DNA from: Toensbergia leucococca
Lineage: Eukaryota
DNA length: 64,000 bases
Reading direction: 5' to 3'
NCBI GenBank assembly: GCA_022813965.1
Contig: JALDZS010000039.1
Span: 1 to 64,000, forward strand
The notes beneath the pieces are model-generated. The model had not been told where the DNA came from. It made no database searches and saw only the letters and a program-made list of their open reading frames with translations. The position numbers were made by a program, and so were the translations under genes. Numbering within the stretch: the first letter of the stretch is position 1; each line of letters begins with the position of its first letter. Below, in pieces: positions 25,944 to 38,958 of the stretch.

Positions 25944-27572
25944 ATGCGACCTTCATTACTTCGCCCCATAGCCACAAAGGCCGTCAAGATGAGTACATAT
26001 ACCACAGACAAAGCGTCACCCTTCTCAAGGGCTGTGATAAATTCCATGAGAAAGCTGTAAGTCCATGGCCTTATTCTCGTGAGCGAAACCGCAGCTAACG
26101 CTACTTGCCATAGGTATCCTGAAGCATTAGCAGACAAAAGCTTCGATAATACAGGACGTGAGTTCAATTGAATTATTCCATCGTTGACCGCGCGTATTTA
26201 CAGCTACTGAGATTCAGGTAGTGCTTCTGGAAGCTCCCTTCGATCCTATACGACGGCAGATGAATTCCGCCCTGCTCACAATTGATCTCACAAAAGCCGT
26301 AGCCGACGAAGCAATCGAGCGCAAAGATTGTGTGGTTGTTACATATCGTACGTAGACGCATAATAGCGTAGCCGAGATTGTTGAACAGCGAAGAGAAGCT
26401 AATTCTCTATGATTTGTAGATCCTATAATCTTCAAAGGACTGAAATCTCTCACCCTCGCAAATTCACAGCAGCAGTCATTACTACGGCTCGCACTTGAGG
26501 GTATAAGCGTACATGAGATCTCGCTGAGCCTCTGATTGGTATCTCGCTCATTCCAATGCACCAGGTTTACAGCCCCCATACAGCCGTTGACGCAGCGCCA
26601 GGAGGTCTGGGAGACTGGTTGGCCGATATTGTGACGGGCACGCTGTCAGAACCTGAACCAGCAACAAGAACCGCGGATCCAGAGAAATCCGAAACAGCTT
26701 CTTTCATCACTGAAGATAGCGATTGGGGACCGGCGGAGTCGGACGAAGACCCTTTTGTTGAGAAAGCCCCTGAACAGAAAACCCCGAAGCAGCGGCCTGG
26801 TCGTATCGCTTTACAACGAACGTATTCAAAACCCACTTATCCTGCGCCAATGGGCCCTGAGCAGACAGACCTAGCCCCGTGCGTTTCCCTCTTCATCAAA
26901 TATCCTGTTCGGTGTAATACTAATTCAATCATGCAGATCCTCAGCAGGTCACAAAAGAAGCGTCATTCACCCCATCGAAGGCGTTGAAGGTCAGTCCAAA
27001 TACAGAACCACTCGCAAGATGATGACTTGACGTGGTTTGTAGGGTTCGAAGGGGCTGGCATGGGCCGCCTTGTAACATTCGATCAAGCTCAACCTTTGAC
27101 TCACCTAATCGAACGAATAGCCCGCGGAGTGGGAAATCCCAAAGGCTTCCCTGTTGCCATTCCACAAAATCGGCAAGTCGAAGATATTCAGATTCGCACC
27201 ATCGCCATCTGCGCAGGTAGTGGCAGTCACGTCCTGCAAGACGTGAAAGCGGATCTTTTGTTCACTGGGGAGCTTTCTCATCACGACGCGCTTGCTGCGA
27301 CGGAGCAGGGGAGATGCGTTGTTACGCTCTTCCATAGTAATACCGAACGAGGATTTTTGTCTAGCGTACTTAAAGAGAAGCTGACGAATACTTTGAAGGT
27401 AGAGTGGAAGAGAGTGAGGGAGGAGGTGGCGCTGTCAGGGGACTTGTCTCCCGAGTGGGAGGATGCGGTCAAGGATGAGGACGTGCTGGTGGAGGTTAGT
27501 GAGAGGGATAGGGATCCGTTTGGCATTGTAATTTTGCAGTCTAGCAAGCAGGTCGGGAAGCCTTTGGGTTGA
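25944..27572 (+). CDS. NIF3: NIF3 (NGG1-interacting factor 3)/DUF34 metal-binding protein, multi-exon; alternative start at 25989
   Basis: YPEALADKSFDNTGLLLEAP, LLTIDLT, YHPIIFKGLK, VYSPHTAVDA, GMGRL, AICAGSG, TGELSHH, HSNTERGF, VSERDRDP. Confidence 0.93.
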
Positions 27573-27724
27573 GGATGTGATTACTAGGATGAAGGGAGTT
27601 TAATATCAGGTGGGCATATGCTTGTCGAGCCAATGCCATTAAACTAGTATAGGATACCCACTACAATATTCTTTCTCACAGCAAAGCAGCTGCCATCATG
27701 ATGCAGTCTCTTCCACCTTCGACT

Positions 27725-28821
27725 TCAGCCAAGCACCTTCTCGGCAGTCGAAACTATAATCAATAATCATCAGCCAGAGCACACGCAACCCCAACATCAA
27801 AAAAAAATTCAATCAATCATACCATTCACCCCCGTATTATCAGGTTCAACATGCACCTCCTTCACCTTACCCCCTTCCACCACGAGCGCATACCGCTTAC
27901 TCCTCAACCCCCCAAAGATAGTCGACCCATCAAACGCTAGCTCCAACGCCTCCGAAAACTTGGCCGTCGGATCGCCCAGAAATCGGACCTGTTTATCCCC
28001 AATCATAAGTCAAAACTGGGTAGATTGGGCTTGCTTTGGATCAGAGATGGTAGGGGGCTGCTTACTCCGCTCTTGCCGTTGGGATCGAGGGTTTCGGCCC
28101 AGGCTTTCATGCTGCGAGTAGGGGGAGTGGAGTATTAGTGGGGGATTAGGTTGGGGGAGGGGGGGGACTGAGGGGTTGTTTACACGAAGGGATCGTTGAC
28201 GGAGATGACGAATACGGAGCCGGCGGTTGGAAGGTGTGGGCTATTTAGGTAGGAGGGGATGTGGGAGTTCGAGCAGGAAGGGCCTGGGGGTGGGGGTTAG
28301 CGGGGCTGGTGGGGTTGGTGGTTGGGAGGGATGAGGGTGGGTTCGGATAGTTGAAGGGGGTGAGGAGAGTGAAAGGAGGTGAAGAAGCGTGTTTATAAGA
28401 AAGAAAGTGAAGGCGATCAGGGAGGATGGGGTTTTTCTTTTGGAGGGAATGAATTAGATTGAGAGATTGAGAGACAAGATCGAATTGAATGACTGAAATG
28501 GAAGACAGAAAAACAAACACGGAAATGACGATTGTAGTGAAGGATAGGGATTAGTTGAAGGTATCGATCGAATTGATTCCCTTTTTTTCCCGCTACATAG
28601 GGCAACGTACTAAAGGCAGCCGGTACACCGATTATCAAACCCTTGCCCGTCAATTCCTGGGACAGATTGACTTGGTTCCCGGGTGAATTTTCGACCAAAA
28701 CGCTTAGATCCGGGATGCGGTCGCCAACCTGCACCAAAGTTGGGCGGCTTGTGTGGAAGTGGGCCTGGTGTTTGGCTGCTCGCACGGCAAGGGAGCCGGT
28801 TGCTCTAAAGCGGGGAAACAT
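27725..28821 (-). CDS. Prx5/AHP1/PMP20-type peroxiredoxin with mitochondrial presequence, 5 exons
   Basis: Arg-rich presequence MFPRFRATGSLAVR; spliced GVPAAFSPSCSNSHIP (peroxidatic Cys), VNDPFVMKAW, RFLGDP, RSKRYALVVE. Confidence 0.92.
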
Positions 28822-30260
28822 GGTGTCGGTACCTAGGTAATATGACTAAGACTTAAGATTTGGTGTGTGTGCGATTAACACGAGCTGTGAGAGGATGGAT
28901 TGTCTGAGTCAAGAAACTGGAGTGGGAGTTATCTCGCATAAGTTACCCTTGCTGGATGAATGATCCTATCATCGCATCTTGCGGCTAGGTGTAATATTGG
29001 CCTTTTGCCTTTTGGGGTCGATACGCGAGAGGTGAGATCGAGGGAAGCACAATGGCTCGTGTTTCTGTGATCGATGAGTTGACACTACTGCAAGCTTATT
29101 ACAAATTCATTATTGTCGGGTATCGGGAATTCGCACCACCCTCCCTATTGGCAGTGGCTGCAATCACGCTTTGACCAGGTTGAGGGTTGACTCGACGTTG
29201 AAGTTGAGTGCACAAAGGTCAGCCACCACCAACAAAGGGAATGCCGTTTCTTCTTTCTTCTTTTGGCCCTAATCATCGAAGCCTCTGTTCAGACTCAAGT
29301 ACCAACGTTCGCGAGGGAATGAAGTAGAACACTTCAGATCATGCTTTGACTAGTCGAGGTAATCACGGAGAGGTTCCTGCGAGAAATAGGCAGGACGATG
29401 ATTGAACTACGAAGCAAGAGGCTTGCTTATCATTTGATTGGGTGCCTAAAATTGCGAAGGTTGCCTTAGGGTTATGCAAAGATTCCATGTCCATTGATTG
29501 GCATTGTGGATCTGCACACTGGTGGTAGTCATGATCGCTCAATCTGCTTGCTTCTGCAGTCATCCATGTTGAAGATTGTTTGAGTAGCTGAGGAACCCTT
29601 GATCGTTGTCAGACTTTGTAGACAGTCACCAGTGTAGGAGAAGTCGACCATTCAAACCTACCTACACATTTTAAGGCCTTGGCACTACTCGGCCTTCCTT
29701 GGACACCACCGACTCGTTATAAATAACCCCCGGATTCAAATCCGATGAAAAGGACCACTCTGTTATGCCGTTTGTGCAATGGCCATGATTGGTCATTCCG
29801 ATAAGTAGACATGATTTTCCCAGCATGCTAGAGGCCCCCAGGCATTTCGGTAGGAATCAGCGCCACAAGCGTATTCCCGTCCCCCCTCCTGCTCTAGTCG
29901 AATTCCTGGCGTATGTCATGTTGCAGTACCAAATACGGCACACCACTCTCCTCGACTGATCTTTCCCAATACATGTCTCATGGCCTCTGGTCAATTCAGC
30001 AGAGAACCACTAGACTTCTTATCTGGCCTGTGTCCAACCCCAACGTTGCGATCCTCCCACCCCCCCGCTCCAGAGTCGACCCCTGATGCGCTGCGAAGAC
30101 ACCTCGGTTATTGCAAATGGTCTAATTGCTCTGAATTGGGAATCACAGCCATAGAACCTGGGAGCTAAGGTTGAGACACACCTGCTGGGCCTGCGCATAC
30201 GAATGCGAAAACGGTGCTCTCGGTTTTGTTGTCAATCCATTGACGTTGAAATCGTGGGAA

Positions 30261-32458
30261 ATGGACGGGAATCAAGGTATTGGTGGTGTGGGTGCAAACA
30301 GTTCTAGCGACTTTGTGAGTTGTGATGCATTGTTGATGAGTAAAAGTGATTCATTCCTAACGCTTCTACAGGTTCGAAAGCTGTACAAGTACGTTGGTTT
30401 TGCGAGAGTCGAGAGCCGTAGATAGCTTGCTGATAGCATACACAGAATGCTCGAGGATCCTACCTATTCCCACGTCGTTAGATGGGGCGATGATGGAGAT
30501 AGTTTTGTGGTCCTCGAGGTACGATGAATGGGCCCACAATCGTGCTAAATTTCGATGAACTGACTTTCGGGTCAGAACGAGAGATTCACAAAATCTATCC
30601 TACCAAAGCACTTCAAGCATAGCAACTTTGCGAGCTTTGTCCGACAACTCAACAAATACGATTTTCACAAGGTACGACATAACAATGAGGAAAATGGCCA
30701 ATCGCCATACGGTCCTGGAGTGAGCCAATCTACCGTAACAGCACGTTTACATAGCTGACATACTTAGGCGTGGGAGTTTAAACATCCCGAGTTCAAGGCA
30801 AACAGCAAAGAGTCCTTGGATAACATCCGTCGAAAAGCCCCGGCGCCAAGAAAGCCCATCCAAGTCCTCGACGATGCCATTCCCACCCAACAGATGGATC
30901 TGGTAAATTCGCAATTGGTGGCTACGCAGCAACAGCTCCAGCAGTTGCAAGAGCGCTACAACGAACTGAGCATACATCATTCGATGCTTGTGCAGGAACT
31001 TATCGGGGTGCAAAAAACAGTGGTCAATCACGAGCATGTCATGCAGAACGTAATGAGCTTCCTGCACTCGGTAGATGCGAGGCAACGACGAGACAGTAAA
31101 GTTGGAGGACCATTTGCACAAGGTGGGGAGACCAACGTTCCGCCCGCGGCCGTTAGCCAGACGGTTCAGCAGATATCTCCATTAGAAGACGAGCCTGCCT
31201 CCCCACTGCAAAATGCTTCGAAATTACTCAACGACCTCAACGCCGACGTACAATTAAATTACAAGAATCTGGAGCACATGACCGAGATGCACAACCGTGC
31301 TAACAGCTTAATGTCCACTCCTCCTCCAGACTCGGCTTCTCGTAATGGCCAGGAGAGGTTAACCGCATCCGCTACTTCTAGCACTTCAATGGGCTATGCA
31401 AAGCTGAATGGGCACCCCGAGACAGTCGTCTACCCTGTCGGACATACAAATGGTATTGATCCAATGTACAGCGAACATATCCACAACATACCATATCCTA
31501 TGCCGCCAAAAGATCAAGATGGAGGAGACCCTCGGAGCTCCCTCACTACCGGGCGCAAAAAGAGTACTCACATAGATCCAGGCTGGGTCCGACCGCCCCA
31601 AATCTTACTGGTTGAGGACGATCCAACGTGTCGACGGATTGGGGGCAAGTTTCTATACTCTTTTCATTGCGCAATAGACAGTGCAGTAAGTTCGGATCCC
31701 ATTTACTGGATTCCATAGTGCTAACTGCCATAGTTTGATGGGTTGGAAGCCGTCAACAAAATGAACGCGGGTTCGAAATATGACCTGGTTTTAATGGATA
31801 TCATTATGCCGAACCTAGATGGTGTCTCGGCTTGCCATCTCATCCGCCAATTCGACTCTACGCCTATCATTGCTATGACTTCGAATATTCGCAGTGATGA
31901 TATCTCAATGTATTTCCAACATGGTCAGTCCTCAGCTTCAAAAGTACGATGTTCCTTCTAACTTGGCAATCAGGGATGAATGATGTCTTACCAAAGCCAT
32001 TCACCAAGGAAGGTCTGTTGAGTTTGCTTGAAAAGCACCTTGGCCATCTGAAGAAGATGCCAAATGGAATGGAAGCCACAATACCTAACTCAGCATCGTC
32101 AATGCCGCAAAGTTCTACAGCGCAATCGCTTAAAAGTGAAAGCTCACCCGGTCAGTCACCATCAACGATTAGCAATTGGCATTCTCCCGGACATTTCCCC
32201 GGCATTTCTCCTACCCATGCCGCTGCTCCTCATCAGTACATGCAACCAGTTCACACCCCTACTGGTTATATAGACCACAGCGGAATGCAATACCAGCCAC
32301 CTCATACTCCTTCAAGCGCTCCCCGGCAAATCCAACATCGAAGACAGATCTCGGAGCTTGCAGGGGGTGAGGATATATCAAACGATACCAAGCGACAGCG
32401 AATATACGCCCAGGCTAACACCGTTATGAATCCAATGCAGAGAGGTAGGGTCGGCTAG
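30261..32458 (+). CDS. SKN7: Stress response regulator Skn7/SrrA/Prr1 (HSF DNA-binding domain, coiled coil, receiver domain)
   Basis: [59 protein letters not shown] (phospho-Asp), [10 protein letters not shown]. Confidence 0.96.
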
Positions 32459-33018
32459 AGACAAAGCATGCATCATCTTCATACTTCTCACCATTTATCA
32501 TCTTCTCCATGATGACCATTCCCTCGATTTTCTTGCAACCGGATCTATTTTGGCGTGCCCATCAGAAGCTTGCTTAGTGTGGCTGTGTCCTGGGGTTTTC
32601 GTTGATTTCGACTTCAAAATGATTTGCAGTCATTTTTTAACTATACCGTCTTTTGCGGAACCGATGTGGTATATACCTCTTATTAGTCGATCGATCATAG
32701 GGTTCCATGGTTTTGGAGCTGGGGATTGGGAATTGTGTTATAACTGTATCGCTATCATGGAGACTTTGGTTAGGATGGCTGATAGAACGAATTGGTTCCG
32801 CACAAGTTGCATGTTACACAACAGTACGTACACTAGCCATGATTGTATGAATACGAGTATCTCTGTGTAGATTGTAGAGGTCAATTTAAAGCTCCTTGAA
32901 TTCTAGACCTTCACCGCCCAGTCAAGCCGAACCCGGTTCCTGGTGACTGGGCCCTGACCGTGCGTCATACTAATATTTTCCACCACTCCGCTACCTCTAC
33001 CAAATTCACCAACTTGTC

Positions 33019-35327
33019 ATGGCACCAAAAGGTCCAAAAGGCGGAGCTGTTAAGCAGAAGTCGAAAGAGGATCAAAGGGAGAACACTCTACAAGCTGTTG
33101 TGAGTGTTTATTATTAGCCGTCGAACAGAGCAAACATTGATCCACGTAGGTTCTCGCCGATTCCTATGAAACACGCTTTACACCTTTCACGCTCGAACGA
33201 CCAAGAGTACGCTGCCGTTACCATATAGAACCCTTTCCCGCGCTTATCCAAACCGGCAGTGTCTACTACCTCTTGCAAACTCTCCATTGATTGAATATAC
33301 TCTTGAATTTCTCGCTAATGCCGGCGTTGAAGACATCTTCATCTACTGTGGTATCCACACTGATCAAGTCGAGGACTATATCAGGTATCCCATTTCTAAA
33401 GCGGTCCAGAGTCCCTGGTGTACCAAGCTCTAGTACAGCATTACTAATAATTGCCTTCGTGCCCAGCGCCTCAAAATGGAAGCTCCCCTCCTCTCCATTC
33501 AGTACCGTTACGCTCCTCAGGTCTTCAGCAACCTCGGTAGGCGACGCTATGCGCGACCTTGACAACCGTGATCTCATCACCGGCGACTTCCTCCTCGTGT
33601 CTGGCGATGTAGTCTCGAACCTACCCCTTGAGTCTGCGCTCGCAAAGCACCGTGCTCGGCGGGAAAAAGACAAGAACGCAATCATGACAATGGTGTTGAG
33701 AGAGGCAGGAAACCAGCACCGTACGAAGCGTAGAGGGTGGCGGCCGGTGTTTGTCATAGCTCCTGTCTTGGAGAGATGTTTGCACTATGAGGAGATGAGT
33801 CGCGGGAAAGAGGGCGGAAGTTATGTGAGCCTCGACCCTGAGTTGCTCAGTTCTCACGGCGAGATTGAGGTTCGAGAGGATCTGATAGATTGCTACGTCG
33901 ATATCTGCACACCCGACGTGCTAGGACTATGGAGTGATAATTTCGATTATCAGTCGGTGCGGAAGAGTTTTTTGTTTGGTGTACTGAAAGATTATGAATT
34001 AAATGGAAAGACGATACATACATATGTTATCAAAGAGAACTACGCGGCACGGGCTAGGAGCTTAAGGGCATATGATGCCATTAGTAAGGATGTAATTAGT
34101 CGATGGGCGTATCCGCTTTGCCCTGACAGCAACCTGGTGACGGGTCAGAATTATAAATATGGGAGGGGGAAAGTTTATGCGGAAGAAGGGGTTGTCTTGG
34201 CTAGGAGTAGTGTGGTCAAAAGCAGGAGCGTTGTGGGAAAGGAAACGAGCATTGGAGATGGGAGTGTTGTCGGGGACAGTGTATTAGGGAGAAGGTGTCA
34301 GATTGGAAAAAATGTGGTGATTAACGGAGCATATATCTGGGACGACGCTGTCGTGGGCGATGGATCGGTCGTCGATCAGGCGATCGTCGCCAACGAGGCT
34401 ATGGTAGGAAGGAATTGCAAGATCGAGCCCGGAGCATTGATCTCCTACGGTGTACGAATTGCAGACAACAGGACCGTACCCGGAACCAGTAGAATCACCA
34501 GAGCGAAGCGAAAAGGTCGAGACACCGGAACCCAGACCGACATCGCTATAGTCGGCCAAGGCGGTACAGGCTACTCCTACTCTCCCGATTCCGACGACAA
34601 TGCCTCCGACGCCTCAAGTACTGATTCTTCCCATCTCGTCTACACCCATCCCTCAGTATCCACATCTACCTCCTCTATCTCAACTCTCAATTCTATAGAT
34701 TCTGACAACGAACTCCTCCCACGAGATACCTCCCGCCACGACAGCTTCCGCTCTGATCCCTCTGACGACGCTACCCAGAACCGCGACTTCCATCTTGAAG
34801 CCACGGCTAGCATCCTCGATGGCATGCAAAAGGGCGATCCTGCCGAAGTCATCTTGTTGGAACTCAATCCGTACCGTATGGCTGTGGATGCCAGCCAGCA
34901 TGAAGTCCGTCACGCTGTCGTAGCGTCTTTCATGAAACGCATTTCGAATCTCATGGAAGGTGACCGAGCTTCAGCTGGCAATGGCGTTGCGGCCGGCGAG
35001 GCTGTAAAGATGGTCTTTGGGACATACAAGGAGCTGGTCGAACGGACGATATTCGATAAGCAGAGGAAGGAGAAGAGCGACCAGGTTGATTTTTTGACGC
35101 TAGTGCAGAGGGATGTTGCAGCGAGGACGAAGGGAAAGCAAATTCTGTTCGCAGTGCTCGAGGTTGGGTATGATTTGGAGCTGGTTGAGGAGGAGGGGGT
35201 GATGCAGTGGTGGGGAGATGGGATAAAGGGGGAGGAGGTGAGGGAGATGGCGGCGGAGTTTGTGAGGTGGTTAAGGGAGGCCGAGGAGGATGACAGTGAT
35301 GATGATGAGAGTGAGGAAGGGGGTTGA
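33019..35327 (+). CDS. GCD6: Translation initiation factor eIF2B epsilon subunit
   Basis: LQAVVLADSYETRFTPFTLERPRCLLPLAN, GDAMRDLD, FSDNFDYQ-type motif, left-handed beta-helix hexapeptides, C-terminal W2 domain (WLREAEEDDS). Confidence 0.95.
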
Positions 35328-35691
35328 GAGGCAAGGACCGGGTGAGCTGTCGCTAGATACGGTCGAATCATCTAAACAAATTCTTCAAAGACACAAACAA
35401 AAAGCCTCAAAATAACATATGCATTATCATTTGGATTTGGGCGCCTTTATTCTGTGAAGCATTCCTCGATTCCGTGATCTGCAAACACGCGAAGCGAACC
35501 TCAAGTATTTCCACCCCAGCATGAGCGCAACCCATCTATCTGTTCCTTCAACAACAACAACACCAGTCCACAACATTTTCCTCCCACACCCCACCCCACC
35601 ACCTCGCCTCCGCCCAAACCAAAGACACACAATTCCCCCGCAGACATAACAAACAACCCCAACACCCAATCTCGCGCGCACCAAACCCACA

Positions 35692-36245
35692 ATGCCACGC
35701 CCCCCGCCCACAACCCTCTGCGGCATCGTCATCTCCGCCGGCCTAATGATGAAAGCCGTAAAAGTCCGCACCGCAAAACAAGTCTACAACACCTATCTCC
35801 AAAAAGTTAAAATCTCCTCCTCCCCCTCTCCCCTCCCCCCAACCCAAAAAATCCCCCCCGTCACCTACCCGATCCCCTCCCCCCTTCTCAAAAAAAAAAA
35901 AACACCACCCACAACAACTAACCCTCTTCCTCTCAGCATTTCGTCTGCCACCAAAACCACCTAGTCTCAGACCCGACCTCCGCCCTGCGCACGGGGGATG
36001 TGGTGCGAATCGCAGCGGGCTGGCGCGCGGGGGGCAAGCAGATACAGCATGTGGTGACGGAGATTGTGGCGCCGTTTGGGGTGGGGGTTGGAGAGAGGCC
36101 GGCGGTGTTGACGGAGGGGGAGAGGGTGGGATGGTGGGAGAGGCGGAGGGAGGCGAAGAAGGAGAGGAGGAGGGAGAGGAGGGAGGGGGTGGGGGTGGGG
36201 AGAGGGGGAGATGGGGAAGGGGGGAGGGGAGAAGAGAGGGTTTGA
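35692..36245 (+). CDS. MRPS17: Mitochondrial small ribosomal subunit protein uS17m, 2 exons
   Basis: GIVISAGLMMKAVKVR...YLQK|HF...LVSDPTSALRTGDVVRI...HVVTEIVAPFG; intron ~35806-35936. Confidence 0.82.
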
Positions 36246-36432
36246 GGGGGGTTGGGTTTGCTGCTTTAAGGAGAGGAGAGGGAGGAATATGATCGCTCTG
36301 CTACTGCTGCTGCTACTTGGAAATGGTGAGAGTGGTGTAGGGCTGTATATACTGTTGTAGGTCTTGTAGGCTGAAAATCCCGTCACACATATAGGCCCAT
36401 ATCGCTCTCACCACTCACACAAACAATACTCT

Positions 36433-38543
36433 CTAGCTAAGCAACACTCTGATCTCTCCACTTGTCCTCGGGAACGCCGTCCTCAACGACACCCGTCCCT
36501 CCTCCTCTCCTCCCTCCTGGCCCGCAGCTTCAACCAACTCATCCACCGCCTCCAGCCTCCCCTCCACAAATTCAAAATCCTCGCAAAACCTATCCGCCGC
36601 ATCCCCCGTAATGTCCTCGGCCATCTTCACACTGCTCAGTTGCTTGAGGTTGTCCATGGCGTCCAGAAGGGCAGAGGGAAGGAAGTCGTCGAGGATTTGG
36701 CTGGTAGCTGTGAGGGCTTGCGGCTGGAATGGGTCGAGGGAGGGAATTTTGAGCGTGTCGGAGGGGGAGGTGGAGAGCGGGGCTAGGGCAGCTATCAGGG
36801 GATGGAGGCCGGAGGTATGGAGGAGAAAGGCGTGCTGGTATTCTATTAGTTGGGAAGTGTGCACGTCCATAGTTTCGTTGATTTGGGAGAGCTTGGAGGT
36901 GGTAAAGTCATGAGGCAATAAAGTGGCTTTGGTTGCTAGAATACAATTGAGAGAGAATATGCTTGTTGCGGGCTCCTCGAGATGCTTTGCTATGCTGTCG
37001 CAGCCTGCGAGGAAGGGATCGAGCGCGTTGCGAAGGACGGGCTGGAAGTCTGTGGCTTTGGAGGTTGCGGGTGTAAGGGAGGCGTCGTAGCTTTTCATGA
37101 GGGCTGTGAGCTGGGTGAGGGTTTCGTCGAGGAAGTCGGGGATGCTGAGGTCTAGAGGAGGATGGGAGAGCTCGGCATGGATTGAAATTGCATGACCTTT
37201 CATAATGGCTTGGAAATGACGGAAGGTGGAATCCTCGAGGTTTGATAGAGTTTCAACAATGCTTGATTCTGGTCCCAAGAGCTTTATGAATGTAAGGCGG
37301 TAAAATTTAATGAGGTTGGCAATCTTATAGGTCAAGACGGAGTCCTCATGGCTTTGGACGACCTGCTCTACTCTCTGGCGGAGCGATCTTCCTATTCCCG
37401 AAAGATTTCGATTGACCAATTCACCCAGTGCTTTTTGCCCATCAAATACTTCTCCCTCGACTCTTGACCAGGGCTCGCTTTCGATACCTGCTTGGATTCC
37501 CTTGGCGATCTCGTCACCATCTGATATGAAAAGCACCTCCAGAGCTTCGCGCTCGGAAACTGCAGCCGAATGAATCCAAGCAAGCATGTCGCCAACATAT
37601 CGAAGTGGATCGTGTGCTTGGAATTCAATTGGCTTTGTCATTGAATCTTGCTCGTGGCCACGTGACGAGCCTGTTAATGCGGAATAAAAGGCGTCTGATA
37701 GGACATGTTCTCGAGCTTCTGCGAAGAAGTCAAGACAACGTTCGAACAGCGTGGGCCTTTCGGCAAGAACACGTAGTGACCGACGTATGGAAGAGCTGAT
37801 TTGAGGATTTTCTAGATTAAGAGTCTTGAATTCGCGTTGAATCCATTTGAAAAGCTTTTGAAACGCGTTGTTCAAGTTCCTCGAACTCTGTTCCATAAGC
37901 TCAAGTCCTAGCCTCTGATTTTCGGTCCCAAGAAGAAGCTGGCAGTCTGCATGGATTCGTTTTACCCTTCTCAGGACTATAAAGAACTTGTCATCGGTTG
38001 GCTCAGCCGTACTTTCTAAAATGTTCAAGTCGTCTTCTGAGACAATGAAATGCTTATTGAATGCCTCAAGAAGCTCCCTCTTCGTCTCATGATCATGTTT
38101 CTGTGAAAGCAGAGCGGACGCTTCCTCGAGCACAGGGCCATTTTCTAGATGCGCTTCCAAGACACTCCGGCGCATGGCCTCAAGGCATGCGTTAAGGCTT
38201 GCAATGCTAGAACCAATACGCTTGAGTTGCTGGTTCCGTCTCAGCATGGGCACTTCAGGTCATGGCGCCGTCAACAAACCTCTGCAACATGGCCGAATTC
38301 TTTAACAATTCCAGTGTTGCATTCAATCACTTCTTTCTGCACATCTAATCGCAAGTTCCTTCTAGTCTCTAGTGAGTTCTGAACTCCATTGTCGTCGAGA
38401 GTGCGCAAAGCATCTCTGATCTCGGCATCTGCAAATGAGGCGGACAGGACGCTGGTGACCTTGTAAGACAGTGCATTTCTCTGGGGATGATTTGAAGCTA
38501 GCAATTTATCATCACTCTTGAACGTCGGTCCATTGGTACTCAT
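36433..38543 (-). CDS. COG6: Conserved oligomeric Golgi complex subunit 6, 2 coding exons
   Basis: [53 protein letters not shown]-terminal [12 protein letters not shown]. Confidence 0.94.
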
Positions 38544-38661
38544 GGTGGTGGTTCGGAAGCTGTCAAAGCTTTAGCTGGGAAGACGCACTGTGCGGAACAC
38601 TTCCGTCGTTCTGCTTGCAGGGCGGCCCTGGGACTCCGTAGTTCTAGAGGTAACCTATCCC

Positions 38662-38696
38662 TAGGGCATAAGGCGTAGGGCGTAGGGCGTAGGGCC
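38662..38696. repeat. 7-bp tandem repeat (TAGGGCG)x~5 in the COG6-ATG9 intergenic/leader region
   Basis: tagggca taaggcg tagggcg tagggcg tagggcc, read directly. Confidence 0.8.
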
Positions 38697-38958
38697 GAAC
38701 TCTTGTCCTTCGACGAGGACAACACTCACCTGACTCATTCATCCCATGGTACTCGTATAAAGACTCGACCGCTGAAACCCAGTCACGAACCCTGGATATC
38801 AGCATGAAGTGGCAAGCTTGGGAGTTGCCAGATTGAAAGCCATGACCATCGCCGGCCACACGAGCCGTGCACATCAACACCCTTGAGAATGTGTTGGAGT
38901 GTGAGTCTAGGCATTCACGTCTTTATCAAGACCTACTCCCCCTTCTCCCCTTGCGACA

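Noticed and set aside
29466..29474. TAACCCTAA (- strand) as a possible telomerase RNA template
   Set aside because: A 9-mer is expected by chance about once in a window this size. No U-rich/A-rich pseudoknot or CR4/5-like element was visible, and the space before the peroxiredoxin gene is short.
29980..30168. 62-aa ORF upstream of SKN7 as a regulatory uORF
   Set aside because: The TSS is unknown and there is no conservation evidence; the length is compatible with chance.
35937..35966. Suspected compensating frameshift errors at the start of MRPS17 exon 2
   Set aside because: The frame is intact, and the spacing from HF to LVSDP fits the uS17m pattern without correction.
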